64,000 nt of DNA from an uncultured Poribacteria bacterium. GTDB lineage: Bacteria > Poribacteria > WGA-4E > WGA-3G. The notes beneath the pieces were generated by a model. That model did not search any database and was not told where the DNA came from. It saw only the letters and a list, made by a program, of their open reading frames with translations. Every line of letters begins with the position of its first letter. Positions within the stretch are counted from its first letter, which is position 1. The stretch spans positions 5,990,845-6,054,844 of the forward strand of contig OX639973.1 of the NCBI GenBank assembly GCA_951828385.1, in the 5' to 3' direction. Shown here one piece after another: positions 49,301-56,138 of the stretch. A program made the translations under genes and the position numbers.

Positions 49301-49935
49301 ATACCTTGGTGAATACCGCGCCTAACAATCTGACGGATGAGTTGGATATCAATCTTAAATTGGCGGAATTCTGCCATGAAAATGCTATGCCAGAGAAGGC
49401 GAAAACCTATGTTCAAAAAACAGGCGTTATCACTGAAGATAAGTGGTTAATTCTCGGTCCGTTTGACAATACCAAAGGTGTCGGTTACGACACAGCATAC
49501 ATCGCAGAAGATGCAACACAGATTGACACAACCGCAAAATACGATAGCTTAGACGGACAGATAAGTTGGCAAAAAAGCACCGATGATACACTGAACGGCT
49601 ATATTGATTTCGGACAGGATGTCAATTGGCGTGTCGCTTATGCGTTTGTAACTGTTACCTCACCTGATGAGCGCGAAGCACAAATCCGTTTTGATAGCGA
49701 TGACCAAGGGAAAGTATTTCTAAACGGCGAAGAGGTGTTCACAAATACCGGTGCCCATAGTGTCAGAATTGACCGTTATACGATTCCTGTAACCCTCAAG
49801 CCCGGCGAAAACAGTATCCTCGTCAAGGTCTGCAATGAGGAAGTCAAGTGGGAATTCTATCTACGGATTACCGACCCAGACGGAAAACCGTTCACAGACC
49901 TAAAAATTAGCAGTGCTGACCCTGAATCCGATTAG
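40387..49935 (+). CDS. giant (3182 aa) secreted/membrane-anchored TPR-repeat protein with an internal LamG domain and a C-terminal beta-sandwich domain
   Basis: N-terminal hydrophobic signal/anchor. Dozens of TPR-like units (A..Y.KAL.L.P....A...LA..Y). LamG block at about 47926-48525 (WHHVAGVVD...GQIDSVSVWDVALTAEEI). C-terminal jelly-roll-like block at about 49441-49935. Confidence 0.85.
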   Translation: MFRKEKCLIVACVLYLLSCTFYFPAITLAQDENVVERYKLMLSRNPKEGSTFDRLYQLYLEDAGLDAMVADYQAEAAAKPNDSNLQLILGHIHKRLGKDAETLAAYQRAVELAPNNYYPHFALGQMYATLRRHEDAIRELTKAAELSEETQAASPEELMTIYKALGRAYFSRDRVDEAISAWTKISELDPENIFSRIELADLFREQQLYEQAIAQHEAIIALKTDDPYRVCLSRREIGNIHEEKSDYEAAIQTYEAALALTAPGNWLRKDLQHRIIGIYAADGNWEGLITHYKEKLENTPNDPELIGLLAEAHIENQQLDEGIDAYQKALELAPTDTALRLNLIAALRTAEKFQEAAAAYESLSEQQPDDFGIYRELGELYLQLDDEDKAKATYQRMLARDPDNASTHLILAEIYANHEWIDDAVTAYQKAISLAPDNLDYIEYFGEFYFREGDRAKTLETWNQMVAGDKAAAENYDRLAKLLDSKARVLNSQTEAIAASRKAAELAPDVYRYREALAKRLVENKDYDEALTEYTEAAKLAPNEFFAEQMDNQRIEIFRRQGTLVEKIGALETALEKPDIAAADAFTQSKQLAKMYLKLGNTTYALEVLMKAKALESNDVVVNRWIAEVYTLQGRRDDANAIYTHLIEVDGANAREYYANIARAYLEVMDFAAATEAAKQAIAHSPRNPEGHQMLALIAKQAGNYQTAIDSFKQAIRLRPESTNIRSELAEIYKLSGNPRQALEQYWRCWELSGSISDKLAFVKPLSELYYDLGRRGELEEKLKQMSKTNTSDIGAVVALANLYQMEGDLPNARFQLARALDRRRDNPDLLAQLVKISLDLGDTQDALTYQQRLVKAQPNPMHRQRLGELLFDVGREQEAIQAWTKLLHTKNQPFDAEIKLATLLIQHGLLDEAISVLDRAAEKVTGPNAHIELYQLGDALVEMNEFDRARPLFQRVLDMPEPTQTATQNPITNVPRATSGPPGIRTDRFNLPRTLTSRIQRSAFQMQGGQQTQWIPTDFDEAQAGALVQITTIAQQQRKLEALINQLEAQADADPKNIKGLETLAQIYILTGNTDKTNETLERLITASPNDPVYQGTRLTRLMGQGISYETLKKYLDEMTALAPDARLWYVARYASDFYRQGRKEDTEKLVVELVDAEVSDLNTGATIVSTLARMGKTDAAEKVLTQMPVPGLSTPQRQSVQNTQPPAIGQLSSASQQWHRYRDIYQNLATAYIREGQTDKGITLFWSFFERTKPQATNARRVATLAYANRSYSGYTSLQTNYPAPTSYYNQNRLQFLQRVFSQLWSRDQQEALYKKLQAELERATGRDRIYPSLALSYCYWWAGQRDEAQAVLAALQKEFPEDLTLKLNTIFASIQAGQHAAAFKLITGLAEADPRNRKQYHELTLQLAVQTGDTVAVRELVTKVLNSPSGARELYQFSRTLQQNGLTQYAIAIAKKAMTLATGERDPNFLVDLSRHLDDLGRGQDAARIAARAMQFVNQRDRYGRTLYSWDFRRAVQTAGRAKGLRDREPQLVAAVQKDPNSFQAQVRLATFYEQTNQVQKASEAFDAALALRPQDSMTRQRYAQMLQRRGKAKEAAAQYLILLKENPSALGYNYYQVMEVFFTAGKVDELVSLAKDMIVPSVGMGYSNFFAEGVARQSLENNNPKAAIELYEKIIAVQPNDISAYTALASAYVAAGDREKAIQFLREKLDVKDTALSRSPHVQVDIVSKLTEFYKASDQITELLTEYEAKLDEKPDDALLIYLVASMKIAADDLEGSDALVDKLLDDSTPVDTHWLNNLADAYRGANDRDRELRLLESAIAKINHQDTWHLTETYQKLGTVYAKKGEKEKAQNTFRKMGTFRLLQGRGSYEKQQIANTYMQHEMWTDAEALFTEIVNDFSAQQWDREQAQRQLMQIKQRRDGVAKTTRTPEKMEKFDVGMQRTLAQQYVQQNEVKKAVDIYEKLAEVMPEDLESRAQLADLYSRQNKHDEAVDTWKALLDVDPENTKYQDGLVDAYQAADKTPEALELAQQYIEAETDNGVHYARLAKLYAAEDRVDDAIEAYKEAVERNPGDGKVYRQLGQLYLRKDDLDAAEKAFEDAIQYTGQEFERRSIERQLMSVYKRQGKLEDMLKQAEEAGTITLEMQRNRAQDYRNAGESQKAIEAYKKALDMTTQSYERGNITNELLKLYVQVGDNDLAIELYENQSQTGSPTGSVSFSMGASGFKIMSGGDEARETLINAYKDQGKLEELETIFKDKLEKDAQNPAVLEMVAEIYRNARDYEKAAEAYQALGKAQPSNLNSFFYAAAALQKSNQPDLAEEMLSQAEVSLSTNPRAQFDIFLLMTLTSICVEGELYDSAIKLAEDAIAVSSRMGGGISGLTEYLYGMLGESYLGTKRYEEAVDAYKQMGNLARFDPMREMAEKGIRQAYTEGNLHEKQIPEQLQKIKENPDDLDALFALAESYELSDKVDEAITQYQKISELQPDDAQWHKKIGDLYQKQRQTDEVVEDTALDLAGNRSYVEIADSAALNNISQQVTVTAWIKPTEYPNRYTPILYKGDERTPEISNRSYALWLRNDGRIQFASSPSGEAEKFAFSPPGSITLNKWHHVAGVVDTSQNIVKIYVDGVMVGSNDFRGNPNIYESSLPVRIGGSHEEEWVTHASFVGQIDSVSVWDVALTAEEIRSNMNARLKGDEPGLVGYWKFDEEVEGNVPDVSPNKSNGKLVADAKLESYTRQIVTVAGAEQLTQAAVAYQKAVQLEPTSYELYNLLAQTHEKADQLSEAEAVYRQALEASLEDSEHDAVIRSIWKLYADKDQKDKGIAVLEELRPKIGTSTSLLELLGDAYKAAGDAEKADAVYTEWLAIRQKEANRRQSPTGYRSLARQILDKGIMPEKGLEFAERASQMGSGASYTETLAQAYVANDRYEDALAQLKQRLNTMEQEAFVRWLAAWISRAGKNATDKERYLEMLDTLVNTAPNNLTDELDINLKLAEFCHENAMPEKAKTYVQKTGVITEDKWLILGPFDNTKGVGYDTAYIAEDATQIDTTAKYDSLDGQISWQKSTDDTLNGYIDFGQDVNWRVAYAFVTVTSPDEREAQIRFDSDDQGKVFLNGEEVFTNTGAHSVRIDRYTIPVTLKPGENSILVKVCNEEVKWEFYLRITDPDGKPFTDLKISSADPESD

Positions 49936-49956
49936 AACGACCTGTCCACCAAACTT

Positions 49957-50334
49957 GGTAGGTTCGGTTTTGCGGCGTACCATAGGTGTCAATTTACGAA
50001 AAAATAACCGCCTCGGTCCCAGATCCGGTAGGTTCGGTTTTGCGGTGTACACACCCAAATGCGACCTGCATTCCAACCGAACCGGATCCTACGCGGAATC
50101 GTTGAAGTCTTCAAAAACCTCTTGAGTCCCGTAGGGTTTATTTGCTTGGGGTGTTTTTGCTTGGGTATTTCTGCGTATTGATAGGGTATTTCTGCGGATT
50201 TCTTCACGGTTTCCTAACCGCACCAGACCCTCAACAAAAATGCGAAAAACCCATAATTCCTTAAAACTATAGTGAATCGTAAAAATAAAGAGACACTTCA
50301 TCCGCCGGTAGGTTCGGTTTCCTAACCGAACCGG
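49957..50334. repeat. repeat mosaic: truncated HP-B, E4 element (49982 to about 50270, degenerate right end), HP-B 50025-50084, SL3 with loop insertions, short-loop hairpins 50208-50232 and 50305-50334
   Basis: ATAGGTGTCAATTT lies at 49982-49995; the interior is collinear with E1/E2; CCGGTAGGTTCGGTTTCCTAACCGAACCGG lies at 50305-50334. Confidence 0.65.
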
Positions 50335-50466
50335 CACAGAGTGTCCTATTAATTCTAAACTTTACTATAAATAACCCTATGTTTATAGAGATTCCCGTTG
50401 ACGTTTTCGCATTGGATATGCTACTATAACTCAGAACTAAACGATGACGATTGTGGAGATGACAGA

Positions 50467-51762
50467 ATGAGCATTACCCAATTCACAATGGAAGAGGTCC
50501 GCTGTTTCAGCGAACGCCAGACGCTTGAAATTCGTCCGTTAACTTTTTTAGTCGGCGAAAACAGCACCGGCAAAACAACGGCATTGGCGTGTTTCCATGT
50601 ATTAGCAGATTATTTACGAGGCGAAGGAGTAGATTTTAATTCAGACCCCTATTCAATGGGAATTTTTAAGAATATTGTTAGAAACAGCAGACCAAAGAAG
50701 AAAGCTTTCAAGCTGGGATTTACTGCTAAATACAATAATGAAGATATTAAAAAAACAATTGAGTTCGTCGAAAAAAAAGCAAGCGTAGAACCTGTCGTTA
50801 ATTCGATAACAATGAAACTTGCTGATGGTGAAATTATTGTTCGATCTGAGGACGCAATGGGTAGGGAGTTCCGTTTAGATTCCTTTGATGAAGAACAGAA
50901 TCGATATAGGATAGCGTGTGATACTAAGAGATTGAACGAGTATTCTATTTTTTTCTTTTTCCCTCCTTTCACACGAGAATCTGAAGGTGAAATAGTTTTC
51001 AAAAAATATTTTAGTAAAAAGACTAAAAAATTGGAGTGCGGCCCGTGGGATACCTTTCGAGATATGTCTGTATTTAGTACATCGCCAGTCCGTTCACGCC
51101 CTAAACGAACTTATGATCCGACGAGGGAGTTTGATGATCCAGAAGGCAGCGATGTGCCTATGTATTTAATGCGGATTGAAGCAACCCAGAAAGATAATTG
51201 GGAGGTATTGCAACAACAATTAGTCGAATTTGGCAAAAGTTCCGGCTTATTTCAGAACATAGAAATAAAAAACCTTGGGGGTGCCTTCGGTGCTCCATTT
51301 CAATTACAATTCAAGGTGAGGGGACCTAAAGCAAATATCACTGATGTCGGCTATGGTGTCAGTCAAATTCTACCAATTTTGGTGCAAATTCTTAATCCTA
51401 ATATCTCTCAGGGTGATCCTGAATTATCAAGTTTTTCCTTATTACAACAACCTGAAATCCACTTACACCCGAGAGCACAAGCAGAATTTTCTTCTTTATT
51501 AGCTAAATTGGCTAACAAGGGTAATCAGTCATTCATCGTTGAAACGCACAGCGACTACATGATTGACCGCGCACGCATTGAGATCAGAAAAGGAAACATT
51601 CGTCCCGAAGATGTATCCCTAATATACTTTGAGCCAAAAGCAAATATCGTGAATGTGCATAATATTCATTTTGATAAGATGGGTAATATGGAAGGCGTAC
51701 CACCTCATTTTAGGGAATTTTTTCTAAAAGAGTCTGATCGGCTCATGGGGTTTGAGGATTAA
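50467..51762 (+). CDS. AAA/ABC-type ATPase, DUF3696-like C-terminus
   Basis: Walker A GENSTGKTT; DVGYGVSQILPILV; Walker B-like LLQQPEIHLHPRAQ; VETHSDYMI; C-terminal GVPPHFREFF (the FF motif recalled for DUF3696); ATG 50467 follows GGAGA. Confidence 0.7.
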   Translation: MSITQFTMEEVRCFSERQTLEIRPLTFLVGENSTGKTTALACFHVLADYLRGEGVDFNSDPYSMGIFKNIVRNSRPKKKAFKLGFTAKYNNEDIKKTIEFVEKKASVEPVVNSITMKLADGEIIVRSEDAMGREFRLDSFDEEQNRYRIACDTKRLNEYSIFFFFPPFTRESEGEIVFKKYFSKKTKKLECGPWDTFRDMSVFSTSPVRSRPKRTYDPTREFDDPEGSDVPMYLMRIEATQKDNWEVLQQQLVEFGKSSGLFQNIEIKNLGGAFGAPFQLQFKVRGPKANITDVGYGVSQILPILVQILNPNISQGDPELSSFSLLQQPEIHLHPRAQAEFSSLLAKLANKGNQSFIVETHSDYMIDRARIEIRKGNIRPEDVSLIYFEPKANIVNVHNIHFDKMGNMEGVPPHFREFFLKESDRLMGFED

Positions 51763-51765
51763 GTT

Positions 51766-52212
51766 ATGTGTGCTATTTTAGATACGAATACTTTTGGTAG
51801 ATTCAGGAACGAAGAGGATGAAAATCTAGAACCCGTGAGGAAGTGGTTGCGGAGAAAAAATGGTAGAATCGTTTATTCTAATACAGAGAAATATAAAAAT
51901 GAATGGAAAAGAGGGGGAATGGAAGACTGGATAAAAGAACGAGGCCGAGCCGGTCAATACCGGCTAATATCTGAAGGCGTACAAGAAAAAGAAAATGAAC
52001 TAAAGGGAAAAATAAAATCCGATGATGAACACATCATTGCTTTGGCTCTGGTGGCCCAGGTAAAGATATTGGTTTCCTACTCCGATTACGAAAGCAGCCA
52101 GACAGGCGACCAAGATTTGTTTGACGATTTTAGGGATAAGAATTTGGTTGGGGGCAAAGTGTATACAAAAAAATCACATGAGCGTATGCTGAAAAAAGAT
52201 ACCTGTCCTTAA
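51766..52212 (+). CDS. PIN-like nuclease domain protein
   Basis: 148 aa; AILDTNTF at the N-terminus; SDDEHIIALALVAQVKILVSYSD matches the PIN D..hhA.A....hhT.D layout; starts 3 nt after the ATPase stop. Confidence 0.5.
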   Translation: MCAILDTNTFGRFRNEEDENLEPVRKWLRRKNGRIVYSNTEKYKNEWKRGGMEDWIKERGRAGQYRLISEGVQEKENELKGKIKSDDEHIIALALVAQVKILVSYSDYESSQTGDQDLFDDFRDKNLVGGKVYTKKSHERMLKKDTCP

Positions 52213-52256
52213 AACGACGTAGCGCGAGGTATAGAAACCCCGCACTACCGCATCAC

Positions 52257-53936
52257 TCACCTTGACGAAGGCATCCACGTCCGCGGCGCAATCCCTTCCA
52301 CGTGCGTTTTCACATCCACAACCGCTGGTTTACCCGAAGCAAACGCCTGATCCAACGCACCCGCAAGTTCACTCGGTGTGTTCACAGTAATCCCGAAACA
52401 CCCCATCGACTCCGCCATCTTCGCGAAATCCGCATCCGGGAACAGCCAGAGTTCATCAGAACCAGACGTCCGACCCCCATAAACCGACTCAACACCACCC
52501 TGCTCCTGATTCAACGAGTGATTATTATTCACAACGATAACAGCGTTAATCCCGCACTTCATCGCCGTATCCAGTTCCGTCATGTGATACCAGATACCGC
52601 CATCGCCTGTGAAGCACAGCACCGGTCTATCGGGTTGCGCGCACTTCGCACCCATCGCCGCGGGGACACCCCATCCCAGCGAACCGGAACACCGTATGAA
52701 ACTCTGATCCGGATGTTTAAAATCGATCATCGTGCCAGTCCAGATACCTGAATGTCCCGTATCGGATACGAGGATCGTATCTGACGGAAGATAATCTGTG
52801 AGTTCACGACAGAGGCGTTCCGGTAGCATCGGCAACCGCTCCGAATTCACTTTCTCGTTAACGCTCTCTTTCCAATTCTGCACTAATTCCTGCACACGGC
52901 TAACCCATTCGGTGCGTTCGAATGTAGTCTCTGCCGCTGCAAGCATCCGACGCAGTGTATTCCGCACATCTCCCTGCATCCCTAACGCAATCGGATAATT
53001 CCGTCCAAGTTCATCAGGATTAATATCGAGTTGTATAATCGGCGTGCCTTGTGGCGGGATTTTATACCCGTTGGTCACCTGGCCGCCGGTATGGCTTCCG
53101 ATAAAGAAAACGAGATCCGCCTCACAAACCGCTTGGTTCGCACACGCCCGCGAGTATGAGCCGGGAGTCCCGACTGCTAACGGGTGGTCACTCGGAAACA
53201 TCGCCTTCGCATTCAAAGAGGTCGCTACCGGAATCGAGAGTTTTTCTGCCAGTGCTACGAGTTCTGATCGTGCGTCCGAAGCCGTTACACCGCCACCCGC
53301 CACAACAATAGGGCGTTCCGCTTCGCTCAGGAGTTTGATAGCCTCTGCTATTTTTTCCGCTTCCGCCTCTGGTCGGAACGGTGGCAATTGCGCAAATGCG
53401 TCCTCAATGATAACCTCAAGTTCGCCTTCGCGATCAATAACCGATGACCCTGCAATACCTTCAAAGTCGAGGTGAGCAGGGCCCGGTGTCCCCGTTGTCA
53501 CGGAACGGAAGGCTTGACGTAGATAGAAGGGAAGCTGCTCTGGTGTCGCAACGTAGGCACTATATTTCGTAACAGCAGAAAACGGGTTAACGTGATCCAC
53601 CTCTTGATAGGCGTGCCGTTGTTGATTAATCTGGTTTTCTTTGCCAGTCAGTGCAACCACCGGCGAACAGGCGAGATAAGCGTCTTGTAACCCCGCTGCA
53701 AGGTTAACCGCGCCCACCGATTGTGCCATACACAGACCCGGCGCGCGGTTCACGCGAGCGTAGGCATCCGCCATGTACGCCGCCGCTTTCTCACCGTGCG
53801 TCTGAACCCGCTTAATCCCAAGATTTTCCATCTCCATCAGCGCGCGCGGTCCGATATACGGCATAAAAAAGACGTGCGTAATCCCATAACCGTGAACAGT
53901 TTCAGCAATAAATCGAGCACCCGTCATTTTCGGCAT
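52257..53936 (-). CDS. thiamine-pyrophosphate-dependent enzyme (acetolactate synthase large-subunit-like)
   Basis: N-terminal Pyr domain (GITHVFFMPYIGP...HGEKAAAYMADAYAR) and TPP motif GDGGIWYHMTELDTAMKCGINAVIVVNNN. Confidence 0.85.
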   Translation of the reverse strand: MPKMTGARFIAETVHGYGITHVFFMPYIGPRALMEMENLGIKRVQTHGEKAAAYMADAYARVNRAPGLCMAQSVGAVNLAAGLQDAYLACSPVVALTGKENQINQQRHAYQEVDHVNPFSAVTKYSAYVATPEQLPFYLRQAFRSVTTGTPGPAHLDFEGIAGSSVIDREGELEVIIEDAFAQLPPFRPEAEAEKIAEAIKLLSEAERPIVVAGGGVTASDARSELVALAEKLSIPVATSLNAKAMFPSDHPLAVGTPGSYSRACANQAVCEADLVFFIGSHTGGQVTNGYKIPPQGTPIIQLDINPDELGRNYPIALGMQGDVRNTLRRMLAAAETTFERTEWVSRVQELVQNWKESVNEKVNSERLPMLPERLCRELTDYLPSDTILVSDTGHSGIWTGTMIDFKHPDQSFIRCSGSLGWGVPAAMGAKCAQPDRPVLCFTGDGGIWYHMTELDTAMKCGINAVIVVNNNHSLNQEQGGVESVYGGRTSGSDELWLFPDADFAKMAESMGCFGITVNTPSELAGALDQAFASGKPAVVDVKTHVEGIAPRTWMPSSR

Positions 53937-54296
53937 AATTTTTTCTCCTCTTTATGTCGGCGTGGTTTGCAACACGATGTGAAATCCATTCTACCAGTTT
54001 TCGATGTAACGTGCAAGCGTGAACTTAGATTTTTGGATTTGAAAAGCAAACTAACAATCCTAATGCTTTAGTTTTGGGGCCAGCCCACATATCTCGGCGG
54101 ATGGATTAAAGAAGATTTGCTTTTAAGTGTGTTTTGTCGTATAATCCGTATACCAGCAGTGAAAGGCAATGCGATCTTTCGTATCCTTGCGAAAGTGCCT
54201 TCCTGTCCGAGTTGCATAGAGGATTTTACTGTTTGTTGGAAACTCCGATAAGAAAGGGACAATAACGCACTACTAACTCGAAAGGAAGTTATTTTG

Positions 54297-54905
54297 ATGA
54301 AAAGGCGTGCTGCTATGAAAACAACTTACATTTTTCTGATTTTACTTGTTGTATTTTCCGCCTGTGATGAAGGTAAGAAAATGGTGGACGATGTCATTCA
54401 AGAACCCGCACCCACTGAAACTCCAACGCCGCCTGCTGAAGAAGTGATACCCGAAGTCACGCACTCTAATGCTCTGAGGTTGAGAATCGGCGAGACATAC
54501 CGAATGCGACCGTCAGGTTATTTTGAATTTGAAAATGGCTTCGGTGATTCACTCATCTGGTATATTTATTGGGGCAATGTTGATACGGAGGGACGACTGC
54601 ATAAAGGCGTTTTGCCTGATGATCCGAAAACGCGTTTGACATTTCATCTAGATCGAAGCAACATAGATAAACTACCTTACAGTCAAACGCTTGATGAAAA
54701 GCCCGTTATTGACTGGATAGAACAAGCCGATGGAACACTCATACATGATGAAATTGTTATACGGGTTACTGAAAGGGTCTTCGCGGATGAAACAGAATAT
54801 ATTGGGGGACCTAGAGGCGATACATTTACTTATGCAGTCGCTCAATATGGGGCAGTCGCGATTGAAAACTTGACAAACCCCGATCGGACATTTGAATACG
54901 AGTAG
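54297..54905 (+). CDS. lipoprotein, function unknown
   Basis: Signal peptide ending in the lipobox VFSAC. Confidence 0.55.
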   Translation: MKRRAAMKTTYIFLILLVVFSACDEGKKMVDDVIQEPAPTETPTPPAEEVIPEVTHSNALRLRIGETYRMRPSGYFEFENGFGDSLIWYIYWGNVDTEGRLHKGVLPDDPKTRLTFHLDRSNIDKLPYSQTLDEKPVIDWIEQADGTLIHDEIVIRVTERVFADETEYIGGPRGDTFTYAVAQYGAVAIENLTNPDRTFEYE

Positions 54906-54995
54906 TTTTATTCCGGCGATACGCTCCTATTTACCATACATTTTTAGGAGGTGAAACCAATTCTCAATCAAGCCGCTAACGCTTGTATCTCTATT

Positions 54996-55113
54996 AGGAC
55001 TTACGCATTTTCTTTAAAGTCCCCTGATAAGGGGGATTTAGGGGGTTAAATAAGACAAAATAACGGCTTTTGAGCGGAATATATCCTTTCTCTGTGCAAT
55101 TTGCGTAAGTCCT
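54996..55113. repeat. 12-bp inverted-repeat-bounded element containing the G-rich module
   Basis: AGGACTTACGCA (54996-55007) pairs with TGCGTAAGTCCT (55102-55113). The interior CCCCTGATAAGGGGGATTTAGGGGGTT (55021-55047) matches 996-1025. Confidence 0.6.
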
Positions 55114-55234
55114 GTTTAGTAAAAAACCGCTAAACGTGCTATAATTACCTCACCGATCCTGAAAGCCTCGAAACCACATCAGAAATTTTCCATAGCTGCG
55201 GAAATAGGCCCACTTCCGCAAGGAGCTACGCACA

Positions 55235-56077
55235 ATGAAAAATCTAATCTATCTCTTTACATTCACGCTAATTATCACCATGTTTCTCCAAAACGGATAT
55301 ACCGAACCCGTCGTGACAGACGGACTCGTCAGCTATTGGACGTTTGACCAACAAGACATTGCTGGCGGTACAGTCAAAGATGTCTGGGGTGAGAATGATG
55401 GGAAGATCGTCGGGGATCCAAAAGTTGTTGATGGACAGGTCGGAGAAGCACTTGAATTTGACGGCTCTGACGACTATGTGAACTTGACGAACCTCGGTGA
55501 TTTTGGCGAAAAGGTCGGTGCGTCTACGTTTGAAGCATGGGTCAAGACCAGTTTCAAAAAAGACTGGACAACCCTTTTCAAAGTCCTTGACCAAGGCTGC
55601 AATATGGCGTGGGCGATCGATGTCAACCGGAGTGCGAAAGCCGGATTCCCGCTTGCTGAGGACATCGTTCACTACTACGTCCGGCAGAAATCGGCGGCAG
55701 GCTGCAACGCTATCGCTGTTGAGATTGAGTTCCCACTGTCTGATGGGAAATGGCACCACATCGTTTTCGGAATTGTAGACCCGGGTGAGTCCGAGGTCAG
55801 CATCTATATGGACGGTGAGCCACAAGAGATTATCGTCGGCGATGCCAAGAAACTTGACACCTTTATTCCGTTTGTAGAACCCGTCTATATCGGCGCAGCA
55901 AACAATCGCGGCAACGTCGAGCGGCATTTCCCCGGTCTCATTGATGAAGTCCGCATTTACGACCGACCCCTCACTGCTGACGAAGTAACCCGAAATTTTG
56001 AATCCAAAATAGGCTTGTCCGTTGAAGCAGCCGAGAAGTTACCTATCGTCTGGGGTAAATTGAAGACAGAATTATAA
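55235..56077 (+). CDS. secreted LamG domain protein (tandem paralog 1)
   Basis: Signal peptide; GLVSYWTFD...GQVGEALEFDG.DDYVNLTNLGDFG...WHHIVF...IDEVRIYDRPLTADEV. Confidence 0.85.
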   Translation: MKNLIYLFTFTLIITMFLQNGYTEPVVTDGLVSYWTFDQQDIAGGTVKDVWGENDGKIVGDPKVVDGQVGEALEFDGSDDYVNLTNLGDFGEKVGASTFEAWVKTSFKKDWTTLFKVLDQGCNMAWAIDVNRSAKAGFPLAEDIVHYYVRQKSAAGCNAIAVEIEFPLSDGKWHHIVFGIVDPGESEVSIYMDGEPQEIIVGDAKKLDTFIPFVEPVYIGAANNRGNVERHFPGLIDEVRIYDRPLTADEVTRNFESKIGLSVEAAEKLPIVWGKLKTEL

Positions 56078-56138
56078 GTGTCTCTTGTGTAGGCGGGACT
56101 TACTGGGTGACTTTCGCACACCTAAAGGAGCGATTGTT

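Noticed and set aside
55268-55927. Long antisense ORFs inside the LamG genes (219 aa at 55268-55927, with similar ones at 56172-56498 and 57398-57706)
   Set aside because: The sense strand encodes clear LamG signatures with signal peptides and RBSs, conserved across five paralogs. The antisense frames show no motifs.
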